A stretch of DNA of 64,000 nt. Origin: Parasitella parasitica NRRL 2501 (taxonomy: Eukaryota > Fungi > Mucoromycota). The stretch covers positions 164,708-228,707 of the forward strand of contig MU619269.1 in assembly GCA_025201805.1 (NCBI GenBank), written 5' to 3'. Under the pieces are notes generated by a model, which saw only the letters and a list, made by a program, of their open reading frames with translations, searched no databases and was not told the DNA's origin. A program made the position numbers and the translations under genes. Below, piece after piece: positions 48,071 through 62,294 of the stretch (position 1 is the first letter of the stretch; each line of letters opens with the position of its first letter).

Positions 48071-48993
48071 ATGGCTATAGATTCATTTTATCTTGCTGCG
48101 TCTAGTGTTGCTGCTCTTGTTGCCAGATTTGTTACATATCCATGTAAAATGCATTTAAATTTATAGATAGATCATAGGATTAACCCCTTTTTACAATAGT
48201 GGACACAATAAAAACCCGTATTCAAACGCAATCTGAAGAGAGGCAATGTACGCTACCAATTGATTCGGATCAACAAAAGCCAACTGTGCCGTGGTTCAAG
48301 TATATACAATCATTATATAAAGGCATATGTATCACATTGCTCTTTTCAGTACCGGCCCTGACTGTATATCTTTGCTGCTATGAGCTCGCGAAAGATTTTC
48401 TGGCCACTTCCTCTTCTGTGGGCTGTCTCCAACGAAATGCACTCCTGAATCATGCCATCTCAGGTTGTTTTGCTGAAATATCAGCTGGGATATTCTTCAC
48501 CCCAATGGAAGTAATCAAAAGCCGGCTGCAGATACTGACAGATGCAGATAGAGGCACAACCACAATATCGCTAATTAAAGACGTCGCCCGGGAAGAAGGC
48601 TTTTCTGGGTTCTATCGCGGTTACTGGATCACCGTTGCCGTATTTTTGCCTCATACTGTTACATATTTTGTGGTTTACGAACAGCTGAAAGGACTGTGGA
48701 CAGTAGAAGAACAAACATTTTTGGTGTATTTACTTTGTTCAGGGATAGCAAGCACATTGGGTATCATTGTATCCACTCCTCTAGACATAATAAAGACGAG
48801 ATGGCAAGTGTCTGCCCAAGAACATGCATATAGAGGCGGCCCTATAAAGATTGCACAACTAATGTGGCAAAATGAAGGTAAATTCAGAGCATTTACAAAA
48901 GGCTTGCTGGTTCGCATTGCTTGGGGTATTCCTGTAACAACGATAAACATGACTGTATTTGAGTGTTTATTGAAATTGCACAACAACACTTAA
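48071..48993 (+). CDS. Mitochondrial carrier family protein, 2 exons
   Basis: Three Px(D/E)xx(K/R)xRxQ signatures: PLDTIKTRIQ, PMEVIKSRLQ, PLDIIKTRWQ. Confidence 0.93.
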
Positions 48994-50648
48994 TATGGTA
49001 TCTTGCCTGCTACCTGAGCAAAGCCAGACATTTCTTTTAATGATATTCCTCGCTCCTGATCACACGCCAAATTTAATGTTCTCCAAGTAACTTTTTTATC
49101 TTTGCATTCGTAACATATTGCGCATGCTGTTGAATCAAATCCTGTACATTGTGGCCTTTGATTGACGACATTTAGATACATTTTCAACATATCAGATAAT
49201 ACATTCATCCTTTTTCCAATCATATCATTTTCACAGACATTGTCTCCATCTTGAATTCTTTTATCGTGTATCGGCTCAATATTGAACCCAAATAACCAGA
49301 TGGCAATATTCTCTCCATCACCATACACAAATTTCCTCGGTGAGTTGGGATATACTATTAAATCTAGCATGTCCTTGGAAAAAAGGTAAAGCATGCTATG
49401 GGTATAAGCTGGTAAAACGGGCAGTCCGTAATCAATTCGTAAGCCTTTCGCATCAGGCATTGCATGAACGGGTATATCTCTGTAGGTAAAGCCTTTCCAG
49501 TAATACGATTTACGTCCCAAATCACTCAGCTCTTGAAGAATAATGTCCCATCGTACAAACACATCGTCGTCAGATTTCACAATGTAATCGTGCCCCATTT
49601 GTTTTGCCCATCGCATCGCCTCGAACACTTTTCTGCTTTTGTCTGATTGGATATCTGCAGATTTTACCATGAGTAAATCATGATATATACTTGATTCTCT
49701 CAATGTTTCATCTCCGTTCAACTGATGATATGCTGAGGGTGGCTGTCCGATAACAAATCTATACTGAACTGAAATTTGATCGTTATGTGGCAACAGTAGC
49801 CTGATCGCAGATTTTCTCAACATTTGGCGCCTTTCATACGATGCTTGTGACCATGATGATATGATGAGAACAAGCACAGATATGGCTGATGTAGGTTCTG
49901 AGCGTCTAAGCTGATTATCCAACGCAGTGTCTCCTACCATTAGCTGGCTCGTGGTATATTGTAATTGATCAATTTGTCGTAAAACGGCAAACACAGATAA
50001 ACATGTGGCCACAGACATTGGAAAGATCAAGACCTTCATAACAGTCAATTTCAGGAATAGATTGGGATCCTTTACATTTGCTACTTTTCCATGATATTTT
50101 GGATCTGATACAATTGATAATCGTATAATGTCTGTGATTAATAAGATGAAACAATTGATTATCCAGGTGCGAATTGGCTGATCAGGTCCATTGCGGGAAG
50201 TAACCCAAGCAGAGATTGACCAAGTAATAACGATGAATGTGATCAACCTTACGATTGCACTGCTTATTTCGTAGTGGAATATCCACCGTCTCATCATACT
50301 AGTCGTTAAAATCCAGTTCCAATAGCCAGCTAAAGCGCACTGTATCGATAAATGTTTAGACATGTTTGTTTTTTTTGTCAAATGAGCTTGCTTTACCCAA
50401 AAATTTGCGACAACATAATCTACCTGAGAGCTTTGAAGTATGACGGCACCGCCAGCATCACGCAAGGGGACATAAAAAGCCTGCTTACTGTTGTATAGAA
50501 ACCCCAGGAATGTGGGTATTAGGCTTAATGTACGGAGTGCGTCGATAACTATTTTCGATTTTCGAGGTACATCAAGATCAGATAAGGACAAGGTCTTACG
50601 CCAAAAGTAAAAACGAGGAGGCTTTTTGGTTTGACTGTTTGGTTTCAT
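48990..50648 (-). CDS. EOS1-like membrane domain fused to a GT31 galactosyltransferase domain
   Basis: N-terminal TM helices with W..LAGYW...MMRRW..HYE...AIVRL (EOS1-like); C-terminal VLIISS...RRQMLR...RFVIG...KSDDDVFV (GT31 DxD); probable in-frame 57 nt intron ~50341-50397. Confidence 0.8.
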   Translation of the reverse strand: MKPNSQTKKPPRFYFWRKTLSLSDLDVPRKSKIVIDALRTLSLIPTFLGFLYNSKQAFYVPLRDAGGAVILQSSQVDYVVANFWVKQAHLTKKTNMSKHLSIQCALAGYWNWILTTSMMRRWIFHYEISSAIVRLITFIVITWSISAWVTSRNGPDQPIRTWIINCFILLITDIIRLSIVSDPKYHGKVANVKDPNLFLKLTVMKVLIFPMSVATCLSVFAVLRQIDQLQYTTSQLMVGDTALDNQLRRSEPTSAISVLVLIISSWSQASYERRQMLRKSAIRLLLPHNDQISVQYRFVIGQPPSAYHQLNGDETLRESSIYHDLLMVKSADIQSDKSRKVFEAMRWAKQMGHDYIVKSDDDVFVRWDIILQELSDLGRKSYYWKGFTYRDIPVHAMPDAKGLRIDYGLPVLPAYTHSMLYLFSKDMLDLIVYPNSPRKFVYGDGENIAIWLFGFNIEPIHDKRIQDGDNVCENDMIGKRMNVLSDMLKMYLNVVNQRPQCTGFDSTACAICYECKDKKVTWRTLNLACDQERGISLKEMSGFAQVAGKIPY

Positions 50649-50767
50649 TTATTCTAAGCTATGCATTTGTTGTTCTTTTGAAGTAGGGAGGAAGAAGTAA
50701 AAAACGAAAACTTTTTTAAATATGTGAAGCACTGGTGTGTCACGCCAAGATTTATATGATTATCCGT

Positions 50768-52602
50768 CTACAAGTATTGGACAGACATTTCTCTACCAGT
50801 AATACGCAAACCAGGCTTGGCTTGGACGTTTTCAGTCAACAGATGGCAGCCCCACACTTGGACATCCTGAAGCGATGTGCAATGCTGAATCAGCTTTTGA
50901 AGCACAAAATCATCCATGGCTCGAACGAATCCGCAGTTCAGACGGGTTAACGATAAACAAGGTGCAATGTCAACTCCATTGCCAGCAATCATCTCAAGGC
51001 CCGAAGCAGCAGTTAGTTCAACCAAACTATGCAAATTCAGGTATTCCAGCGTAGTTCCTGAATGACGAAGAACAGCATCCAATACGGTATCATCAAATTT
51101 AGAGCAGCGAGAGATGCCAAGATGAGTCAACCCTTTAGCTTGCCACTGATTTAAGAATTCCACCATGGCAGGGGCTGTCAATTGTTCGCATTGCTCCAGA
51201 TTCAGTCTCTGGATATGATTGCAATGCCGGAGAATGCCTTGAGATAAAATGTCGTCAGTTAATTCATGACCACCCTTGATAGACAAATCCTTCAGCCCAG
51301 AGCCCACTTGCGATAATAGGTGCACTACATCTTCTGTATTCATAGTGTTTTCATTCGATGTCCAAGCCAATTCCAGTGTCTCTAGCTTTTTGAGTTGAGC
51401 AATGTAAGGAAGCCAATCTGAATTGAAATGAGACAGATGCCCAAACTTTAGTTTTTTCACATTGGGGCAATGTGTGGCCAGTGCTTCCATGCATTCCTTT
51501 ACAAAGCGAGCTGTATGGCGAACCTCGAACGATTCCAAGCGGGTACCCACAGTTTCAAAGAACGAAATCCATGCTTCTTTCGTGACCAAGAAGGGGCCCG
51601 ACAATTCCAACGACTTGAGATCATGTAAACGCTCTTGATAGGCCTTGAGGGATTTATCTGTGATTTGACCACAGTAGATCAGCTGAAGATACTGCAATTT
51701 AGGGCAGAATTGAGATATCATGAAAAAAGCTTGATCCGACATGTTGGTACAGTCAAACAAACTCAATTGCTTTCTGAAAGGCTGCATGAAAAGCTTGGAT
51801 GTTACATCATTGATTTTACGGTTACGAGAGATGATTTTGGCAAGTTTTTCAAGACTATCATCAGCGATATCACCAAAGCTATCAACTTCATCAATGTATT
51901 CAGCAATGACGGCAATACAGCAATCTTGCAACGAAGGCAGCGTTTCTGTATTCAATGTCTGTTTCTTGATTGTAGGAATAACCTTCTTCTTTCTGACTTG
52001 TTCCTTGACAGTCGATGGTCCGGCTTGGCAATCAGGACAGATTGTAGTACTCATTTCGACGCTGTTTTTACGAACAAACCTACATTTACACTTTGTGCAA
52101 AAGACGATACGAGCACGGCCTTGCACAGGCTTCCTTGGAGAAGATGGACCAGCGAAATCACCATCGTCCTCTTCGTCTTCATCAAAGCAATCATCGCTGC
52201 CTCCATTACCCTTCTTTCTCGGTCTCTTCTTAGAATTTTTGGAGCCTCTAAGATTATACGATATGGACAAAGTAGCATTTTGCGCAGCAGTACTAGTGGA
52301 AGCAGTAGAGGATTCGGCCATCTCTATATCGTTTGCTGGTTCTGGAGTTGTTAATTGAGATTCAGAAGTAGCTTCAGTTGAAGTGTTTGGCTGCCCAAGT
52401 TGCACTCTTCGCTCTCTTCGAGCTCGTCTGCTGGCATTAGGAATGCTGATTTGATGTTCCTATAATCTACATTTTAGCAAAACGTTATTTTCTAGCAACT
52501 AATCAAACAACTTACTCTAAGAAAGCTAGTGAGCGCAGAGGTTGGACCACTAACTCTGTTATGTCTGGGGTTGTTGTGGTTATCGTTTTGGTTATTGCTC
52601 AT
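50768..52602 (-). CDS. RAD7: DNA repair protein Rad7 (LRR), 2 exons
   Basis: N-terminal VSGPTSALTSFL hallmark; CTKC...CPDC; LPSLQDCC; KIISRNR; LRRs; DVQVWGC. Confidence 0.9.
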
Positions 52603-52868
52603 GATATAGAGAAAGGAAAGAGTGCCAATCGGACAAAGACTCTATTGACTTAGGGCGTCAAGCACCGTTTGACATTTTCTAAAAGCGAAAGGTGACTCCA
52701 TGCGATCCCGGTCCGGGACCAAAACGCAGATTGTACTTGACAAAAGGTTTAAAGAAAAGCCTTCTAGCAAGATCCTTCTCTTTTCAATAACCATCATAAA
52801 CGTATGTACTCATCCAAGTCTGTGAAAATGAACAAACAAAGCTTATCCATCCATCCATTTATCCATAG

Positions 52869-53447
52869 ATGTCTGACATTATCGAAACTCAAGAAGTCGA
52901 AGTTGCCGTTGAAGTCACTTCCGGTCAAATGTCTGTTGAAGATGCTCTCCAAGAAGTCCTCCGTCGTGCACTTGTCCACGATGGCCTTGCTCGTGGTTTG
53001 AAGGAAGCTGTCAAAGCTTTGGACAGGTAAATGTTGGTTTTTTTTTTCTTTTTTTTTTTCGCATCCTTTATACTACAAACATTTGCTTCTCAAGAAAAAA
53101 AGGGAGAATTTCTTGTATAAAGAAATTTTGATGACATTTTTTTCTTTACATTTGATCGTAACCATATTCCTCTACACAATAGACGTCAAGCTCATTTAGC
53201 CGTTCTCTGCGAGTCTTGTACCGAATCCGAGTACATCAAGCTCGTTGAAGCTCTCTGTGCTGAACACAACATCAACCTCATCAAGGTTTCTGATGCAAAG
53301 AAGCTCGGTGAGTGGGCTGGTCTCTGTAAAATTGACCGTGAGGGTAACGCCCGTAAGGTTGTTGGTTGTTCTTGTGTTGCCGTTACTGATTTCGGAGAGG
53401 AATCCGAGGCCATGAATGTCCTTTTGGATTACTTCAAGACTCGCTAA
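52869..53447 (+). CDS. RPS12: 40S ribosomal protein S12 (eS12); exons 52869-53026 and 53183-53447
   Basis: [26 protein letters not shown]...[26 protein letters not shown]. Confidence 0.96.
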
Positions 53448-54310
53448 ATGCACACTTAGTCTTAATTTTCAAATAAATAAATCAAAGACCAAAATATGTA
53501 CATACTCTAGTTCTAGTGCTTAAAAGCTGTAAAAATTGTGTTTCTCCCTTACCATGAACGCTGTCGCTTTGGATTGTGCCAGTTAACCTTTAATTTCCAT
53601 ACTAGATCAGTCTGCTAGCGCTAAAAAGTCACAGCAAGGAAGTTTCAGGGTATTGTTCTTGAAATCCTTTACGTTGTGGTATCTCGATGAAAAAATGAGA
53701 TATCTTAGCGATGAAATATTCAAAATGTTGCCATGATCGAGTAGTAACATCTCTGATTTTGATCGGCGAGAAATAAGAAAATAAAAAGTGAACTTATTGG
53801 AAGAAAACTGTTTTCTCACCTTTGTTAAATAAAGAAATGGTTTTGATGTGAAGGTATCATAATATTTGCACCATTAAATGCAGAATCAAATTTGATATTA
53901 AAGTCATTTTCTACTTAATTGATTGTTGCTATATGTTTTTAGAGAAAATCGCTAAAAACTGTATATTGCGATTTTTTGATCACGATTTTCACAGTTTTGA
54001 CAATAACGGGTTTAATCCCCGGCACTTTCATGTCTCTATCTTTGAAGAATTTTTATGCCTAAAAAGCAAAAGATACCCTGTCTTACAGATCACTAAAACT
54101 ATTGGAAAGTATTAAAAGTGTATGTTGCCTGTTTTTAATTTGAAAATTTGATTAAAAGGAGCGAGTCATTGGGAATATTGTGTAGGGCATCGGTCTACAC
54201 AAGTAGTAAAGGTCATTCATGTTCCGCCAAGCTCTTCCTACATCAAAAGCGAAAATATACTACGTGTTCATTTTGTTTATACTTATTTCTTACCAAAAAT
54301 AATAGATTCA

Positions 54311-54785
54311 ATGACAACAGAACCAGAATTTTTAGTACATCAAGCAACACATTTATTTTTGACAGATCCTATCCATTTTCAAGTGATTCAAATGAACAAT
54401 TCTGCCTTTATTTGGGTTGGTAAAGCTGATGGTAAACTAGGCGATATGTCTGTTGCAGTACCGCCTTTTGGATCACACGTAAGTCAATCTTTGGGCTTGT
54501 TGCGTTTTGATATTTATACAAGGCAATAGAATCACGCCTCAGCGACTACAATCATTAATAAAGGTGTTTCTGAACATGGCCGAAATTTAGCTCGAAGATT
54601 AGGTAAATTTATTTTGACCTGTCAAACCCATCCCAATACTATGGCTAACTCGATTATTGTCTTGTTTTAAAGCTTCCAAGTATAAGCAGCAATTTTTTGT
54701 CAGTTTTGACTTGAGTAGTCCAGATGACATGCTTTTTGTATTTGTCGAGAAAAAATTGATAGAGTTATTAAAGAATGTGATTTAA
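54311..54785 (+). CDS. Proteasome assembly chaperone 4 (PSMG4/Poc4-like), 3 exons
   Basis: IHFQVIQMNNSAFIWVG...LGDMSVAVP...LARRLASKYKQQFFVS...FVEKKLIELLK. Confidence 0.8.
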
Positions 54786-54787
54786 CG

Positions 54788-54834
<47 letters not shown>

Positions 54835-54835
54835 C
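54788..54835 (+). repeat. (ATT)n microsatellite, about 15-16 units
   Basis: Directly visible, just after the PAC4 stop codon. Confidence 0.97.
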
Positions 54836-55208
54836 GTTTTGATGATGATGCATATGTGCCCTGATATAATTATTTTGACAAGTTGGACAGCCATCTATTG
54901 ATATGTAAGTGGGCGAATTATGTATCATATATAATATATAGAGGCTATGATAATAAAGAGACTAAAGCTGGGTAATCAATCTAATGGATATCACACGAGG
55001 CACGATAATGCCGAAATAATCCAAAGGAATCAATTAATTAATTCAACAAGATAGAGCCATTGACATTCGTTGCTAGCAACAACGCATTCCGCATAATAGC
55101 CACAGAAACATAAATCTATCAATATATACATTCACTTGCTCTACCACAAGAATACAATAAAACGGAAAAAACTCAGGATTATGTCGATTTAATACTTGCA
55201 TTTACAAT

Positions 55209-56110
55209 CTACTCGATTTTTAAAAATTCAGCAGGCTTCAGACTGAATGTCTCCCAAAATTCAGTCGAATCCAATCTTGGCTTGACACCGCCCCTTTCGA
55301 CAATGTCTTCCAATGATCCATCGCCAAGGGCTTCACGGCATGTAGCATCATTTGCAGCTAAATCTCTTGCGAATGCAACTTGCTCTTGATTTCCCCACGT
55401 CAAGAACATTTTGATCCAATCGTAGCAACCATTGTCTGTTACAATCCAGCGCTGGCCAGGTTTAAATTGCTCGTGTACGGCTAGGATAGATCTGGCGACA
55501 TCCTTGCCGTGAATCAGGTGAAGCTGGCGTACTAGTAACTTGCTTCTTATGGCTTCCTTGGATGGAAAACGAGGAATCCATCCTTTGGGTTGCCTGGAAA
55601 AGGCAAATGTTGGCATGAGCCTCACGAAAGATTTCTGCATTTATGACAGACACATTACCTTTGGCCTCCCCATAAGCCAGACAAATGAAGCACAGACCCG
55701 CCACGTTCCACAACAATGTCTTCTGCAGGAATACGGCCAGTGTCCTTTGATCTGTCCATGGGCGTGTGTCTGTTGGCTGGGCTTCCGTCAAAAGGACGAG
55801 TGGACGACAGCAAGATCCATTGAGGCTGCGTGTCATATTTCTTTTCATAGGCATCCATTAGCAAGGTCATACATTCAGCCTGCATTACTGGGAATGTAAT
55901 CAGAACAGTCTTTGCTAGTGGCAGCGCAGATACGTCAACGTCCTGACACACACTAGGCAATGACCATTGAATCGTGTTGTTTCTCCCGTCGCGCGTGGTG
56001 GCAGCATAATTCATCTGCATGGAAATGAGCAGCTCAGCAAGAAACTGGCCGGTCCATCCTAATCCAATGATGAGAATAGGAAGAGCAGCAGATATAACTT
56101 GTTGTTCCAT
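55209..56110 (-). CDS. NAD(P)-binding Rossmann-fold protein (atypical SDR/epimerase-like), 2 exons
   Basis: ILIIGLGWTG, ATTRDG, WILLSST, LHLSGLWG, LHLIHGKDVAR. Confidence 0.8.
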
Positions 56111-57312
56111 GAGTACGACAGTGTTGTATGAAAACAAAAAGATATTGCCAATTGATGTTGAATAAGGCGACATTCCTTATATTGTAACGTGACGTTTTGT
56201 GCAATGCCTTTCCCAAATATTGGAAAACATGGATACAAAGATCAGGGCTTAGTTCTCGGATGAGACACTATCGAATGCATAGCAAAGTCGTGAAAATAGC
56301 TCATGTACATGCTATGGCGCAGCGATAACTTTACTGCATTTGTGCCAATGTTGTACTTATTTACATAGCAAGATCATCATTATGCATGTCGAATTTATAT
56401 TGTGTGTATTTTCAGGGGAGTAACTTCTAGGCCTGCAAGCTGAGCTAGCTAGGATAAAACGAGTCTGAAAAAAATGAAGCAGTGTTGAAAAAGCTTTGGT
56501 GGGTTTACTACTACAAACATAAATATAAATGCTAGAAGAAAATCATTCAATTCTTTATAAATTGGCATTTAAAAGCTCTGATATCTGCGAATTATTTCGT
56601 AAACTGTAGATATCAGAAATGCCAAAGATAATCGTGTCATCCTTGATAGTAAGAGAAGAAAGTAAAGACTAAGTTTACCAAAAAGCATACGAGCTCACTT
56701 TGTATGAAGAATGCTCCATTAATTCTATTGTAGATGAACCCCAGTTCGAAAGAATCGATATGATCTACCTTGGTAAATGCTGATGCATTGATGAAATAGT
56801 TGACTTACGCAGATAATCCATGTTTGCAAAAATCTATAAAAAAAAAAATCTGGTTAAGGCGGAAATTGCCATTGGGATGACTAAAAACAGAAGCAATTCT
56901 GTTATCGTAATGTTTGATTTGGAATAGCACTACTAAAGAGAGATCAAGCATTATCTATGATGCTTTTCAGCGAAGCTGCAGTTTTCAATGCATTGGGGAT
57001 CATCAGATCTCAGACAAAAAAATATAGTTTGTCGTCAGAGACTATCAATGTTTAGCCTAAAAATACGGTGATGTCTGTCATCAAGAAGCTGGAGATAATA
57101 TAGACGTCAATTCTAAAATCAAATCAGTGATATCAACCATGGAGATTCAACCATATGTCTAAAAATCGTCTCATTGGATAAAATGCAATTGCGCCATCAT
57201 GCCCCTGAGTCGCTACATCATAAGACAGGATTATTATAAGCCGACACAAAAATACATTTAAATAGTGTGCTTTGACACCCTGCTTCGACGTATTTTTCAC
57301 TTTAATTGATAA

Positions 57313-59203
<1,891 letters not shown>

Positions 59204-59540
59204 ATTATTCCCTTTTATTTTGTTAATTTCTCTCTTTCATACATAGAATCTTTTTCTCCCTCTCTTATTTTTGTATTTGCATAATAAAGTCTTTTTCACA
59301 AACAAAAATGCATCTCAAATGAGTATCTTGCAAAATTGCATAAAACGGCCCAGGATGAACTACAACTCAAAACACAGTATAGAAATATTTCTCCACTACC
59401 CGGTAGCATATTGATGCTATCACGTATAAGTCGGCAAAAGGTCATCATTTATTTTAAACTAGTGTATGTAAATGTATAATCAAAATGTTGTAAAGCATAT
59501 GGAATGCATGTGGTTCTAGACACCTTGACCATTCAGATTG

Positions 59541-62294
59541 CTATTGCCACATTAAATTGGAGGACGCATTTCTATTCAAATGCTGAGCATATCTTGTAGG
59601 TGAGTTCGTCCTAGGTTGTGCTTGTGGCTGTGACTGATACATAGTACTATCGTTTGCAATGTTGGCAGCGGCATCCTCTACTATAAGCTGACTGGGTATA
59701 ACAATATCACCGGTATTGTATGTATGAACATCGCTATTTACATTTCTATCGTTGAGGCTGAATCGATGCTCTAGATTGTCGGATACTTGGCGGTGCCATT
59801 GCTGACTACTGGTCGTATTTGACTGTGATTGATTGAAATTTCCATGTTGAGGCACGCTACTGTTGCTATCAGCTCTACCATGTGTCGATAATCGATATTG
59901 GTGATTTAAATAGACGATATTATTTGTATTTGAGCTTGCGCTTAACTGCAGAAGGGGTTGTTCGCTCTGAGTAGGTGTACGATGTGATGTGGAAGCCCAA
60001 TTAGCTATGTAGGTCGGTGCTGGCGCATTCCTAGTATTTTGGCTGTACTGAAGTGTATTATGGATCGGCTCTCTAGTCATTATAGTGAAATCGCTTGTTG
60101 ATTGTATTCTTTTTTGGAGCTGCTGCTGTTCCTCTTGGTTGTTGGTATTCAGTTGCGATGAATGAGGTTGTCGCCTTTTACCGGTATTTTCGGAAAATAC
60201 CAACCGATCTACTTGAGACGGTAACTCGGCCTTGTCATTTTCGCTAATGGCTGATATTTGTGAACCATATATAGCCTGAACTTGCTGCAGGAACTTTGTG
60301 CAATTAGGAATGACGGCATAGTTATTGATCATTTGCATACACCATATGGATCTATCGAATAAAAACCATGCTTGCTGAGCCAAGTTAATATCAGGATCAT
60401 CTAAATAGCGCAAATGAACCTTTATGGCGTGGATAATTGAATGAACTAGGAAATCGAACTTTATGACATAGGATGGTGTTTGGCATAAATGATAGGCAAG
60501 TTGAGTCATACAGGCAGCAGTGACTCTAGATTGAAACTGCGTAATTGAATTACTAGGAATCTTTGTCAAAAGTTCCAGTGCCACCGTGTTATAGTACAAA
60601 TGCAAGTGCCCCACCATTGGCCTTGGTGCGCGCAGTTCTAGGACATCTTTGACAGAAATGGTTGTGATTGGTGTCCATTGCATTTCAGGAGCCAAGGAAC
60701 GCAGCCATTGCTGGTGTTTGGCTCGATTATCGCTGATGTTGTCTATCAGATTCTCTTTATCTATTCCAAGGAACACGGTGCTGGTGCTGTTTTGAAATGA
60801 CTGAGAAGCACATAATAGCATCAAGCCTTCCTCTATGATGGAAATAAATTTTATTCGAGCTATATATAGACCGAGTATCTGCTTTTCTTCTTCTGAATCG
60901 CCTGGTAAAGGCGTAGGCGGTGATGTCTTGATAAATGATTGCGAAATCATGAATGGTCTCTCCCATCCTCCACTATGAAATTTGTCCAGATCATAACATC
61001 CCCAAAACACGCGGCGCCGAAGCTCTATTTCGACAGGAGTCAGGTTGCTATGTATATGACTATCATCGTACAATCCCAGTTCAATTGCCATACGACACGC
61101 CATTCCAGAATATTGCCATTGTCTACAATGATGTGCGCCAGGTCGATATATTGCTGGACTAGGTTCATACAAACTCAGTAAACATAAAGCGACAATGGTA
61201 CTGACTCTAGGAACATCCATGAAATCATCGACTAGGCGTCTAGCCCTTTGGTAAAACACTTCTGTCTTTGGGCAATTTGGAATAGTGATGAATCTAGCAG
61301 CATGAGCGTAGATGATGTTGAGCAGTAGTGGAGTAATCATCAGGCCTTTTGTTTCCAATTGCTCATAAAAATAGTATCTGGGTACTAGTCCGATGCTCTC
61401 GTATCTTTCGTTGAAAAATTGATCTATTAATGCCATTTGTATTTCGCGAGAGGGCATTTCAATAGAACCCGAATAGCGACTGGGTAGCGATGGTTCAGGC
61501 ATCCACATGATAAAATTCCCAAACGTATCTGTGGAACCCAGTAGTTTCTCGGCTAGTTTGTTGCTGTCGATGCTCGCCATTTTCCTGAGATTTTCGCCTA
61601 GTGTTCCTAATGTATTGCTGATCCTAGACTCCATGAGTGGGCCTCTCCGTTTTAACTTATTGTGATTTGCTGCTGAAGTATCAGTAAAAAATATCCTGTC
61701 ATCGCTATCACCATTATCATTTTTTCGAGAATCCAGCTCTGGTTCAGATATGTCTACAGAAGAATCTTCTACATTGACACTGCTACATTCGGAGACATCA
61801 AAATGGTCTTTTATTGTATCTGTTCCTGTGATTTTCTCAGTGTGGTTCTGCTGATCTAATTCCAAAGATCCGTCTTTGTAAAACGAGCACGGGCGTTGCC
61901 GAGCTTAATTTCAAAACAAATGTCAGATATGATGTTTTTCATTCGCTTTTATTTTATTTTATTTTATTTTTGGTAAACATACCTTTGCACTAAAAGAGAG
62001 GGGGTGAACAATAAATGATTAATTTCAAACCTGTAATAATACAGAGATGTGTATTTACCTGCATACACGGCCTTAATCCGTCACACTAAAGAGTTTACAG
62101 GTAAATAGTATTAATAATCTTAGTTTCTGCTTCATGTGAATGCTGATTTAAGGTTTTTTTTCCCAGTAGAAGATTAATTTTACCTTGATTTTCTTTGCTC
62201 GACATGTATAACAAGCTCGTCCAACTTTTAGTCTTTTATTTACTCTTTTCGTTGATGGTGATATCGATGGATCAGAAGGTGATATGGATTTCAT
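59541..62294 (-). CDS. Zn(II)2Cys6 transcription factor with fungal-specific middle domain; exons 62184-62294, 62059-62085, 61983-61989, 59541-61903
   Basis: Spliced ACYTCRAKKIKCDGLRPCMQCKARQRPC fits CX2CX6CX5CX2CX6C; GMACRMAIELGL...ELRRRVFWGCYDLD middle homology region. Confidence 0.92.

Noticed and set aside
56121-56135. U6atac-like start GTGTTGTATGAAA
   Set aside because: Similarity ends after 13 nt and the site lies just upstream of the SDR start codon
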